Part shown: positions 1-11,608 of the stretch, one piece after another
Layout of the letters: each line of letters begins with the position of its first letter
How positions within the stretch are numbered: position 1 is the first letter of the stretch
Assembly: GCF_000143415.4 (NCBI RefSeq)
Contig: NW_003314336.1
Location: forward strand, 361,296-425,295
Direction: 5' to 3'
Origin: Selaginella moellendorffii
Taxonomy: Eukaryota; Plantae; Lycopodiophyta
DNA: 64,000 nucleotides
Notes under the pieces: model-generated
Database searches by the model: none
Told to the model about the DNA's origin: nothing
The model's input: the letters and a program-made list of their open reading frames with translations, nothing else
Translations under genes and position numbers: made by a program

Positions 1-1088
1 CTTATAAACCCACCATCATAAACTCAAGGTATCACACTTTAGCACATTTGGTGTCTCCACACCATCGACTCTACGAGCCTACCCTTATAACACTACTTAT
101 TAGTGTCTAGGTCTTGCCAAGACCAATATAGTTGTTCCTCATGCTAACTATCTGTTAGCACCGCACCATAGTGTATGCACCCAACTCTGGGCCAAAGTTG
201 CTTTCTTCTTGGAACATTTTTCCCACAACTTTAGTATGGCACATTCTGCCATCAATGAGATACCTACTGTTCTCATACTTGGATTTTATGATCCTCCCCA
301 TACCTCATGGGGCACCATACACCTCAGTCTAAATGCTCCAACCAATCCCTTATGACCATTCCCTGACTCCGCTTGAGTCATTTAGCATTTTGGACTTTGC
401 TAATCCAACAACCTACAAGGTCTCAGTCTTAGAGGTGCCAACTCACTGGAATACAACTTCTTGTATTCATGTCCTCCTCACAAAGACAATCTTTGCAAGT
501 GTTACTCTGACACTTGATGATTTTCTTGGGGCTAACCTTTGCCCCTTAGGACTACTTGTCCATGTGATGAGAATAGCAACTCATCTTTAAGTACACCCCC
601 AACTCCTTGGGTTGTTCTAGCATTTATTAGAGGTAGCTTCGGCTACCATTTCAAGGACTGGTGTCCTCTTCTGTATTTGACCTCCCATGGTCAACAATTC
701 CGGTCTCAAATTTATGAGTACCAGCCTCAACCATATAAGGGTAATCTTGTGACTCCTTTATTATTTTGGAGTCTACATCTTTCCCGTGATCCCAACTATA
801 GTTGTTTACCACAACTACATTAGCTCGTTTGCTACATCAAACGCTCATCTGGATCACATCCTCAGCTCTCTGAGGAAACCCTTATACTGTTCCCAAGATC
901 CCAAAGTCATTCCCTTACTGGCCCTTTTCCATCCACCATATCGTGCACAAGTTCATGCATGAACTTGAGTGGAGAGCCATGTCCTTTCGACATGCTACTC
1001 CTTGAGGATAGGTCCATATCTAGAACCTTCCGATTCCAATACAAGCGGTGATATACTTGGCCACCAATAAGAGTCGGACTAAGGAACA

Positions 1089-1100
1089 GCTCTGATACCA
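1089..1100 (-). promoter_or_regulatory. Primer-binding site complementary to tRNA-iMet 3' end
   Basis: Plus-strand gctctgatacca = TGGTATCAGAGC on the minus strand, 3 nt from an LTR-like CA end. Confidence 0.85.
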
Positions 1101-2107
1101 AGTTGTAAGCGACTAAATTTTCCATTCTACTTTAGTCACTTAACCACACCTCCAACCACTTTAAGGAGTCTCACTCACAACCTCCATAAGTTCTATTTCA
1201 GACTTGGGCTTGCTAGCCTCGAGAATGGCATCCCCGCCACTCAACCTTTGCACTTGATCTAAGTGCTCCACGTGTCCAATCCCATGACCAACACCCCAAG
1301 GTACCACCGACATATCAGCTTGTTACGCTAAGGCCATGCCCCTTTACCTTGGTCACACCAGTGGTCTAACACCACCTACATCACAGTCCCATCTCTCAAG
1401 GACTGGGCCATCCGTCCATGAGTGATCATTCCAAATCCACTCCTTAGCATCCTTAGGATGCCCACAGACATGGGGAATAGCCTTCCCCAATATCCCTTTT
1501 CCGGTCTTCACCAAGTCCCTTTCTACCCATGACTGTGTTTGCCAACACTGCCACTAAATCGAGGCCCACAAGCCCGACCACTAAGTCCTATGGTCCTCTG
1601 GGACTTCCTCACCACTCGACTGTATCCTTGGTCACTACACCAGAGGACTACTCCTCTTCCTTTCCACAGTCTGGGCCTTTGGGACAACATTTCGGAACAC
1701 CGTGGCCCTACGTGGGCCTCACCCCGCCTTCTGCCTTTGGGTGCTCTAGCCATGGGCTTAGAGCGAAGTTCTGTTGAGCCACACCAGGTATTCAAGTAGG
1801 TAGTGCCACCCACACTTGGATTGGGAGCATCGGTTAGTCGATCTCCCGGGGGAACTAGAGCCGGCTCTTGAACACTTCACCAAGCTACCCCGCTTGTCGG
1901 TCCGTATTCACTCTAGTCTTGGACTTCCCAGTGGTTAGTTCATCACCCAACCCTGGGTATGGCCTTTCTGGGCCCAACTGGCCTTTCTTGGGCCAAACTG
2001 GCTCCACTAGGCTCCAACCCCCACACTCTCCCTACTATACTTTTGGAACCCCCCGCACCCCCCAGGGTCTGGGAGACGAACGCTTTGGGCTTTCACCCTC
2101 TCAGGCT

Positions 2108-2472
2108 CCGGACTCGGACTCGGACTCGGACTCGGACTCGGACTCGGATTCGGACTCGGACTCGGGCTCGGGCTCGGTCTCGGCCTCGGCCTCGGTCTCG
2201 GTCTCGGTCCCGATCTCGGTCTCGGTCTTGGTCTCGGTCCCGGTCTCGGTCCCGGTCTCGGTCTCGACTTCGGACTCCATCTCGGACTCCATCTCGGACT
2301 CCATCTCGGACTCCATCTCGGGTCCATCTCAGACTCTATCTCGGACTCCATCTCGGACTCCATCTCGGACTCCATCTCGGGTCCATCTTGGGTCCATCTC
2401 GGACTCCATCTCGGGCTCCATCTCAGACTCCATCTCGGACTCCATCTCAGACTCCATCTCGGGTCTGTCTCG
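2108..2472. repeat. Compound tandem repeat: (TCGGAC)n grading through TCGGGC/TCGGCC/TCGGTC hexamers into a 12-mer (TCGGACTCCATC)n
   Basis: Directly visible. It explains the low-complexity DS/RT/SV/ISDS ORFs in several frames. Confidence 0.95.
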
Positions 2473-2825
2473 GACACTTTCACGTGTCATGTGTTGGTTC
2501 TTTTTAGGTCCCTTTTTGGAGCCTCGCTTATTGCTCGTTTCATGCTCGTTCCTCGAGCATTTTGTTAGGAGTTCCACTCCCACTCTCGACTTTTTCAAGT
2601 TGGAGCTTTTTAGTCCAAACGTGTTACGCTCGTTTGGTTTTTGCTTCGGCCACCACCACATGGCACCCTTCCGGCTCCACTTTGGGGCCTAGGGATTTTG
2701 TGTCTCACAGTCAGAGGCAATAAACCACTTTACTAATTTGAGCCTTAATCTCATAAGGCCCCACGAACTTATTTAAGGAACTCAAGGTTATTTCATTTCC
2801 AAGAATATATACATTTTACCTGGCA

Positions 2826-3756
2826 GTTGGTGTGATAAAGGTGAATGAGCATGGCCTTAGCGTAACGGGTTGGTATGTTAGTGGTACCTTTGGGTGTCGG
2901 TTATGAGATCAAACACATGGAACACTTGGACCAAGTGCAATGGTTGAGTAGTATGGATGTCATTCTTAAGGCTACTAAGTCCCCAAGTTCGAAATAAGAC
3001 TTATGGAGGTTGTGAGTAAGACTTCTCCAAATGGTCGGAAGTGTGATTAAGTGACTAAAGTAAAATGGAAAATTTAGTCGCTTACAATTTGGTATTGGAG
3101 CTATTCCTTAGTTTAAATCTTATTGGTGCTCAAGTATATCACCACTTGGTTTAGCATTGGGAAGGTCCTAAAAGTGGGCCTATCCTTGAGGAGTAGCAGG
3201 TCGGGAGGACATGGCTTTTCACTACAATTCATATGTGAATTTGTAGGCAAGGTGGTAAATAAAAAAAGCCAACTTTGGGATCTTGGGAATAATATAAGGT
3301 TTTTCTCAAAGAGTTAAAGATGTGATTCATATGAGCATTTAACTTAGCAAATTGGCTAATATAGTTGTGGTAAACAGCTATAGTTGAGATCATAGGAAAG
3401 ATAAAGACTCTAAAACAATAAAAGAATCCCAAGATTATCCTCATATAATTAAGGCTGATGCTCATGAATTTGATACCAGAATTAATGACCGTGGGAGGTC
3501 AAATACGGATGAGGATATGAGTCCTTAAAATGGTAATTGGGGCTACATTTTATAAATGATGGAACAAACCCAAGGAGTTGGGGGTGTACTTAAAGGATGA
3601 ATTAGTATTCTCATCATATGGACGAATAATCCTAAAAAGGCAAAAGTAGCCCACAGCAAATGAAAATTAATTAAATGTTAGAATAACACTTGCAAAGATG
3701 GTCCTTATGAGTAGAACATGAATACAAGAAGATGTATTCTAGTGAACTGACACCTC
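2826..3756 (+). mobile_element. Second, more decayed copy of the same LTR family (LTR 3' part, degenerate PBS, internal leader) in the opposite orientation
   Basis: Reverse-complement similarity to ~432-1362, e.g. gtgactaaagtaaaatggaaaatttagtcgcttaca vs 1104-1140. LTR end CTTACA at 3086, then TGGTATTGGAGC at 3090-3101. Confidence 0.85.
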
Positions 3757-3789
3757 AAACATAGTCAATCTGTTAAAGGCCTTAAGATA

Positions 3790-4800
3790 TTTAGGGTTAA
3801 CCATCCTTCGATTAGACCTCTCGAAATACTTCTCTGATACTTCTTCTAGAGTTAATTTTCCCATAAAAGACTTCAACATATCTTCTAACAACAATTCATG
3901 TGTTTTGTCTACCCATCTAATTATGGATGCTCACCACTACTCTTAATTAGCTTCTTAAAGACTATTTGCCAAAACTTTTGATGTGAATTTAAGATCCTAA
4001 TCATTCACAATATCATCTCATATTCCTTCACTGTAGAGCTGAACATTAAGATATCATTACAGTAATCAAGAAAGGTTGTAAAAATTGATTCATCAACTTT
4101 TGAAAGTGGCAGAAGGATTTGTCAAACCAATGGCATCACCAAATATTGGTAGTGATTTATACTTATTAAGAATGCCATCATTGGAGTATCCTTTGACTTA
4201 ACATAAATCTAATGATACCCTTGTTTCAAATCAATCTTTATAAACTATTGAGTACCACAAGGATAATCAAGCAAATAATTGATACAAATAATTGAAAATA
4301 TATTCTTCACTATCCAATCATTTAGTCCTTTGTAATTGGCACAATTTTTCTTTAACTATCACCACCATAGCAGCTTAAAGAAACTTGTTTATCTGCAACC
4401 ACTTTTTTTGAAGATACTTAATAATTTCTATTGATCTCCTCATCTTCAATGGACTAGTATAAATCAATTGTCGATAATAAAGAGTAGCTCTAGCTATCTC
4501 ATTTTGAATTCACATTCCGAGGGTAAACCATCAAGAAACTCATTTGAAAATCCATGATCCAGAAGGACTCTTGGCCATCATTCCTTGGAACACTTGGAAA
4601 AAACTTTAGACATTCCAACTATGGCATCTCCTTAAGAGCATAGATATAATATGAATAAAGAAAGATTTGATGAATTTATCATTTATGTTCAAAACTTTTA
4701 TAAACTTCAAATAATTGCCACATATCATTTTTGGGATAATAATCAATATTTGTATGAGTTTCCATATGTTTCCAAAATACTACTCTGTAGTAATATAATG
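3790..4800 (-). mobile_element. Highly degenerate Ty3/gypsy pol (integrase) remnant
   Basis: Minus strand ~4030-3860 gives decayed versions of the integrase core motifs GIPxDIVSDRDPKFTSKFW and HPQxDGQT...LEDML, with stops and frameshifts. AT-rich. Outer limits are approximate. Confidence 0.65.
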
Positions 4801-4895
4801 GTTTGAGTGCAACCACTTTTACAGATTATAGGATTTTCTTAATATATTCAAATGTGCATTTGAACATGCTAACAATTGTGATAAGGCAAATATTT

Positions 4896-4931
4896 GATAG
4901 AAATATTTTACTTACAACCTTTTGGCAACCT
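4896..4931 (+). repeat. 36-bp direct repeat, copy 1
   Basis: gatagaaatattttacttacaaccttttggcaacct; 34/36 identical to 6872-6907. Confidence 0.9.
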
Positions 4932-4989
4932 CCTATAAAAATGAGGTAGCAAAGATTTAGGGTTTATCGATTAGGTTGCGTTGATCTTG

Positions 4990-6240
4990 ACGAGCGACAT
5001 CAAAGGAAGAGAGGCAGGGATTCAAGAGTGAGTCAATACACCGAGGAGGAGATTCATGATTATCTTGTGAAGAAAGCCCAAAGAAAGGTACCTAGAGATC
5101 ACTGTTTTTTGTTTTAGTTCTTCGTTACTAAATCCTGTGTTTCAGGCAGCCAAGGTAGCTAAGAAGCTGAAATCACAGTCTGTCTCGGGCTATTCAGACG
5201 ACAGCAACCCTTTCGGAGACTCCAACTTGACTGAGAAGTGAGTAATTTCTTGTGCGGTTTTGGCGAGGTTTCTAGAGCTAATCCTCGGTTTCTAAGTTTG
5301 TGTGGAGGAAGAAGATCGAACGCGACATTGCGAATAAGGCACTGAACTTGAAAGATATCTCCGTGAAAGCTGAAAGGGTGCGCCAGGAGGAACAGATGGT
5401 AAGTTAGAATCTCTTCTTTGGATCGCTTGTTTGTTGCTCGGTTTTGCTCATGTTCTTGTGTTTCCAGAAGGAAATCGAGAAGGTTAAGAAGAAACGGGAA
5501 GAGAGAGCCATGGAGAAAGCAAAGAACGAGGAAGAGAAAGCCATGCTAGCAAGAGAGCGGGAGAAAAAGGAAGAAGAGGTATGATATAGATGTCCTTTTG
5601 CGTATCCTTTTGCAAGTTCTAATTACGCGTGAATGCACTGCAGTTTCTTTTCCACCAACGGGAAGTGCCCAGATACGCATCAAGGAGGGCCGAGCCACGA
5701 AGATTGATCTTCTATCCAAGCTCGACGACTTGAGGATGGCCGAGCCTTACCACACCTTCAAGGGCCTTAGCGTGAAAGAAGTGGAGAAGCTACGTGAAAA
5801 ACTTCGCTTGCATTTGGAGCTGGACAGGAAAAATACCGAGTTCTGGGAGGCCATGACGGTTGTCTGCAACCCAGAGCTAGCATAGGGACGAAAGAGAGAA
5901 GCTGGAGCTTGCGGTGGAGAGGATAGTTTGGTGCTCGACGATGCTGGATCCATACCAGCATTGATCTAGACGTAAACACTCTCCTCCAAAACATGACCTC
6001 GCGTCAACTCCAGGAAGAGCAAGCAAAGATAGAAGAAAAATTGAGATCTGGATCAGCCAAGATCGTCGAGTTCTGGGAGTCCGTCCTAAAGAGAGTGCAT
6101 GGCTTTGAAACGTCTTGTGCTTTGTTTCGCGATTTAAGTTCTGACATATAGATGCAAACTTACAGGCACAGCTCCGAGAAATAGCCATGGATCTTCTAGC
6201 GCAGCAGCTTTCAAGCAAGAAGGTTATAGAGGAAGCGATG
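4990..6240 (+). pseudogene. Cactin (spliceosomal protein) pseudogene fragment, N-terminal/mid domain, introns retained
   Basis: Spliced exons read GYSDDSNPFGDSNLTE / FVWRKKIERD / KEIEKVKKKREERAMEK / QIRIKEGRATKIDLL...EPY...EFWEAMTVVC. In-frame TAG at 5883-5885, apparent frameshifts, no C-terminal Cactin domain. Confidence 0.8.
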
Positions 6241-6442
6241 GCTCCACGCTCTCCTCAGCCGATTCCTCGTCAAGCGGTTCGATGATTTTCCGGCTCCAGC
6301 AGAGGGAAAGTCTAGAGCATTCAATCCATTGAAACGGCTCAAGCAAGAGAATCAAATTTTCTATATGTAAAATGATCTTAGTCAAAACAAACGAAATCGG
6401 TCGTGAGATTGTACAAGTCATGAAGAGACATCTTCGTAGAAA

Positions 6443-6800
6443 GGGATGTAATCAAACATCGGTGGCCATGGGAAACGCCTCTTGTTCCTCTGGACGAAAA
6501 GCTGGATCATCAGGAACCTACTTGGGTAGAAGTCCAAGCATTTCTAAAGGGATGACGGCGTCCTCTTGCTCCTCGTCAAGGCCGTCGTTCTCATCAGGGC
6601 AGGAATTAAAAAGCCGGACGTCCAAACCTTGGAATTTCTCCAGGTTGAGCTCGTGGTGTTTGTCCGTCCTGATCATGAATGCCTGAGCAACAAAAAATGG
6701 AGACACGAACAAGTAAAATGCAAAGCTTGCTAGGTTCGTGGATGCTGGGAAAGCGCATGAAAAACTCCACGATGCACAGGGACTCCTGGCCGTCATCCCC
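6443..6800 (-). pseudogene. 3' fragment of an unidentified spliced gene
   Basis: Exon-like pieces after pyrimidine-rich AG acceptors (GMTARSPCASWSFSCAFPASTNL / AFMIRTDKHHELNLEKFQGLDVRLF...LLPK*). No 5' exons visible. Identity not recognised. Confidence 0.35.
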
Positions 6801-6871
6801 TGGAAAAAACTTAAAACATTTCAACCGTGATATTTTCCTAAGAAAAAACCATGAGGAAATTTTAGTTTATC

Positions 6872-6907
6872 GATAAAAATATTTTACGTACAACCTTTTG
6901 GCAACCT
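6872..6907 (+). repeat. 36-bp direct repeat, copy 2
   Basis: gataaaaatattttacgtacaaccttttggcaacct; matches 4896-4931. Confidence 0.9.
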
Positions 6908-6909
6908 AC

Positions 6910-7955
6910 ATCATGAAACTCTTTTTGAATGTAGTGCAAAAGGAGCTTTATGCCCACAAATGTATTCCAAATCAGACATGATCCTATTAAAATAACATGT
7001 ACACTATAACAAAACTAATTATCTTATATATGCACTTCATGAACTCCAAAGCATTAATCAATGAAGTATCACTATTGTTTGTCTTGACAATCTTTTTTAT
7101 AATACCACCAACTTCGATGCATGGAATATTACACTCCCAATTAATCTACAGCTTTTTATTATAAAACCATTCCTTCCTATGTCATTGTAGATCTTGACCA
7201 GATTCTTGTGATGATTGATATGAGTGATGACATTATCCAAATCTACATGCTGACTGCTGGACCAAAGCTCCAAGCTAATCTTCTGGAATCTCTCGTTCAA
7301 TCCAAAAGTCAACACAGCACTAGTGATCCCCATAAACATTGAGTTCATGTTTCCTCTGAGCTTGTCATGCGCTCCACGTACTTCATGACTGGTTCAGAGA
7401 CACCTTGGCAGCCACATGACATCTGACGGATGATATTCATTTCAGCTGCCCACAACTATTACACAACTCTTGCTTGTTTCTGACGCTGCTCAATCGAAGC
7501 CTCAATTTCCTCTTCTGTCAACCACCAGCTCGTCCATTCACAACATTCAGGAGCTTTTTCTGTGCAAGCTTAGCTTTCACAATGGAGAACTAACGAAATA
7601 TATTCTCATGAGAGAGGAGAAGCTTAGATCCTTCATTTGTTGTGCTTTCCCATGCTCAAAACCATCAGATTACTTAGGATCTCCAAGGTATGTGCATGAT
7701 AGCCACAAGAATTTTGATAATATAGATAGAGGATGAGATCGGGGCTTAAATCTCAAGAGAACCTTAAGATCACTCAAGATTTGGAAATTCCCCTCTTCTT
7801 TGATACCATGATGAAACAAAGGAGAACACATAACAACACGACACACCAACTCTCATATGCCCTTTGTTCACTGTGGATGGAGCCACATGTGATCCATCGC
7901 TCTTTTGAGTTTGACCCCGGTCCAAAAGGTATGTCCAGCGTGGCATATTTAAACA
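6910..7955 (-). mobile_element. Probable Ty1/copia remnant: short LTR (~7809-7955), iMet-type PBS, decayed gag
   Basis: Minus strand: TGTTTAAAT...TTTCATCA directly followed by TGGTATCAAAG (7798-7808). Downstream is a decayed gag-like stretch (xQGxSExVxxYxxR-like) and a degenerate zinc-knuckle-like C...KDC. Confidence 0.5.
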
Positions 7956-7993
7956 AAATTCCCTCGCCCTAATTAGGGCACGGGGAAAGCAGG

Positions 7994-8670
7994 ATGATGT
8001 TCTGGCAGGCCGCGCGGGGATCCATTGCGCGAGGATCCATCGCAGAGGTGGTGGCGGTTGCAGCAGCGCGAGCGCGATCCCGATCGTCGTGCAGGCCCTA
8101 CCATGACAAGGTGGTGGATCACTACGACAATCCCAGGAATGTGGGCTCATTCGACAAGGCGGATCCAAACGTGGGCACGGGCCTGGTGGGCGCACCCGCC
8201 TGCGGCGATGTGATGAAGCTCCAGATCAAGGTGGACGAATCGGGCAAGATTGTGGACTCGTGCTTCAAGACATTTGGGTGTGGATCGGCAATCGCGTCCT
8301 CGTCTGTGGGTGAGTGTGAGTGAGTCACTCCTGATGGATCGATCATCCGTCGCTGCTGCTAATTTGCAGCCACGGAATGGGTCAAGGGAAAGGGCGTGAA
8401 CGACGTGATGGGCATCCGCAACAGGTGAATGGGGAACCAAGGATTCGATTCTCGCTGGTGCGTCGTCATGGTCACTAATTCTGTTGGTCTCTCGTCAGTG
8501 ACATCGCCAAGCATCTGGCACTGCCGCCGGTGAAGCTCCACTGCAGCATGCTCGCCGAGGACGCCATCAAAGCTGCCGTCAAGGATTACAACAAGAAGAA
8601 GGCGGCGGGCGGCGGCATTGCCGCTGCTTCATCATCTTCTGGAGCTGGATCATCCGGAGCCAAGTCGTAG
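7994..8670 (+). CDS. ISU1: Mitochondrial Fe-S cluster scaffold protein IscU/ISU (3 exons)
   Basis: [63 protein letters not shown]. Arg/Ser-rich transit peptide. Stop TAG at 8668-8670. Confidence 0.97.
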
Positions 8671-8723
8671 GATCGGTGTCCACTTCCAAGATTTGCTGAA
8701 TCAAACAAAGCCTTTTACTCTCA

Positions 8724-8744
8724 TAGGGTTAGGGTTAGGGTTTT
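8724..8744. promoter_or_regulatory. Telo-box cluster (TAGGGTT repeats) upstream of CCT6
   Basis: tagggttagggttagggtttt, 15 nt before the ATG. Telo-boxes (AAACCCTA) are known plant promoter elements. Confidence 0.7.
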
Positions 8745-8759
8745 GCGGCACTTTCAAGT

Positions 8760-11208
8760 ATGGCGATCCGGTCGCTCAATCCCAATGCCGAGGTGCTCAA
8801 CCGGTCGGCGGCACTGCACATGAACATCAACGCTGCCAAGGGCCTCCAGGATGTGGTGTGCACCAATCTGGGCCCCAAAGGAACCATGAAAATGTAAGCT
8901 GCTCTCTCTTTGTTCTTGGATTCTTTCTTGGATTGCTTAGACCAGGCTTTCAGGCTCGTTGGGGGCTCGGGCGACCTCAAGATCACCAAAGACGGCAATA
9001 CCTTGCTCAGGGATATGGTAGGCTCTCTTCCTTTCCTCCTTTCTTCCTTCTTGGAAATGCTCACGGCTGTTTTTCGGTGAAGCAAATACAAAACGCCACA
9101 GCCATCATGATTGCCCGAACGGCTGTAGCGCAGGATGACATTAGCGGTGATGGAACTACTTCCACAGTTATCTTGATCGGAGAATTGATGAAACAGTCGG
9201 AGCGGTTCATCAGTGAAGGTAGCCCAAAGCGGATCGTTGTTTCTCGACGCACCTCTCTGTGTGTTTTTTTTTTTTTACTTTTCAGGAATGCATCCGCGCA
9301 TACTGGTGGATGGTTTTGATATTGCCAAGAGGGCCACGCTAGAGTTCCTTGAGAACTTCAAAATTCCAGTCGAGATTGGAGATGCTCCCGACAAGGAGAT
9401 CCTCAAAATGGTCGCGAGAACAACGTTGAGAACGAAGGTAGCCTCTCATCTGTGTTCTTCTTTCTTTGGCACTCAAACAAAATGCTCACCAGGTGCACGA
9501 GGCTTTGGCGGACCAGTTGACTGACATCGTTGTTAATGCGGTATAAAGGAGATGGCCTTTTTTACATGCATTTTGAGTCTAATACACCGGCTTGCAGGTT
9601 CTTTGTGTCAAGAAGCCGCAAGAGCCCCTGGATCTCTTCATGGTGGAAATAATGCACATGAGGCATAAGTTCGATACCGATACACGCCTTGTCTGTCTTT
9701 CTACTTAACCTCATCCGTAATCGGCCTCATCTTTTTCGTCTTTGACAGGTAGAAGGCCTTGTTCTCGACCACGGGTCTCGTCATCCGGACATGAAGAAAA
9801 GGGTGGACAATGCCTTTATTTTAACGTGCAATGTCTCCCTTGAGTACGAAAAGAGGTACACGAGCCCTTTTCTTGCATTCTAAGGTTGTATACATCATCT
9901 CACGCCTTCGGCAGCGAAATAAACGCAGGTTTCTTCTATTCCAACGCGGAGCAGAGGGAGAAGATGGTGGCCGCAGAAAGGAAGCAAGTTGATGACAAAG
10001 TGATGAGAATAATCGCTTTGAAAAAACAGGTACAGGATGTTGCCGGTGTTTTTTTTCCTGACGGCTTCATGTTTGCACCAGGTTTGCGATGGAACGGACA
10101 AATCTTTTGTTGTTATCAACCAAAAGGGGATAGATCCCATCTCGTTGGACTTGTTTGCGAAAGAAGGGGTAGTAATCCGGACTTGTCCATGGGCATTGCT
10201 GATGTTTCATCACCTTGTAGATCATTGCTCTAAGGAGGGCCAAGCGCCGAAACATGGAGAGACTGATCCTCGCTTGTGGTGGACACTCCGTGGATTCGGT
10301 GGAAGATCTCAGTCCGGACGTCCTGGGATGGGCCGGTACCGTATACGAGCACGTTCTTGGTGAAGAGAAGTACACCTTCGTGGAGAACGTTAAAAATCCA
10401 CACTCTTGCACAATCTTAATCAAAGGTTGGTGGCCATACTTTGGCGGTGTTCTCAGCTACTTCTGTTTTGTGTGTGTGTGTGTGTGCAGGTCCAGATGAC
10501 CATACAATTGCTCAAATCAAGGATGCCATCCGAGATGGGTTAAGGTCGGTCAAAAACACCATCGAGGACGAGGCCATTGTTTTGGTAAGTGCATGATTTC
10601 GTTTGGGAATGGGGGTGACTGACCAGCAACGAGCAGGGTGGAGGGGCATTTGAGGTGGCGGCCAGGCAGCATTTGATGAACATTGTCAAGAGAACCGTTC
10701 AAGGGGTATATATGCAGTGACTTCTTGTAATTTGTCGCTGACGCTATTTTTTTTGTCTTGATGGGGTTGATATAGCGTGCTCAACTTGGTGTGGAAGCAT
10801 TCGCTGACGCACTTCTGGTGGTGCCAAAAACGCTGGCCCAGAATGCCGGGCTAGACACGCAGGATGTGCTCATCACGCTCCAGGTACGCAAACAAGTGCC
10901 TTGTTTCCTACGGGAGTGTTTGACGCGCGACACTGTGCAGTCGGAGCACGACAATGGAAACATTGTGGGCTTGAATATCAACACGGGCGAAGCAATGGAC
11001 CCACAGGTGGAGGGTGTGTTTGACAACTATTCCGTCAAGCGCCAGATCGTGGATGCAGCGTACGTTAGCGAATCCCCTCGTCTTGCTTTGCCCCCCTCTC
11101 TCGTTCTAACAGCCCAAGCTTTTCTTTGGTGGCAGGCCGGTGATTGCTTCTCAGCTGCTGCTCGTAGACGAAGTCATCCGAGCGGGGCGGAACATGAGAA
11201 AGAATTAG
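8760..11208 (+). CDS. CCT6: Chaperonin CCT/TCP-1 subunit zeta (multi-exon)
   Basis: [79 protein letters not shown]. Confidence 0.97.
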
Positions 11209-11608
11209 GCGTGGCGTGGCGTGGCGCTGGCGAAGTTTGGTTTTTTTTTTGTTTAAATGCAGGTAGTCTACCAAAACAGATTGAGCGAACTCTCCTCTTT
11301 ATTTAATGCAGGGGCTAGTTTGTCAAACAGGCCTAGTTTAGCTCTTTCTCTTTCCTTTCCTTGGTCAGTCAGTGAGAGAGGACCCTATCAGGTGATGGAG
11401 CCCTGATAGGGTCGGGGCCTGTTGGGGAAAACGATCAATCAGCAACAGTGTTGTAGTAGGGTTGTGCCTGGCAGTGGTAAAAGCAATGTGGTGGAGTTGT
11501 CGCATTTGACTAAAGTAAATCCTGGGCTTGCTGCGAGGCTTGGGCTGGGCCGAGCGTGAGAGAGGGAGATGGCTATGGCGTGGTAAGCGAGGGTCTCTCT
11601 GTGGGGCT

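Larger units (their letters stand above)
1..2709 (-). mobile_element. Degenerate LTR retrotransposon (5' LTR ~1104-2709, tRNA-iMet PBS, decayed internal region running off the left edge)
   Basis: Minus strand reads ...GCTTACA-ACT-TGGTATCAGAGC: LTR end at 1104 followed by a perfect iMet PBS at 1089-1100. The candidate LTR start TGTGAGAC at 2709 gives TG...CA termini with an imperfect terminal inverted repeat (TGTGAG/CTTACA). No long internal ORF. Confidence 0.75.

Noticed and set aside
2270-2472. CRISPR-like appearance of regular repeats
   Set aside because: Contiguous tandem units without unique spacers, in a eukaryotic context.
1868-2692. 274-aa and overlapping ORFs with DS/RT/SV repeats
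   Set aside because: They arise from the stop-free tandem repeat inside the LTR, are open in several frames, and show no protein signature.
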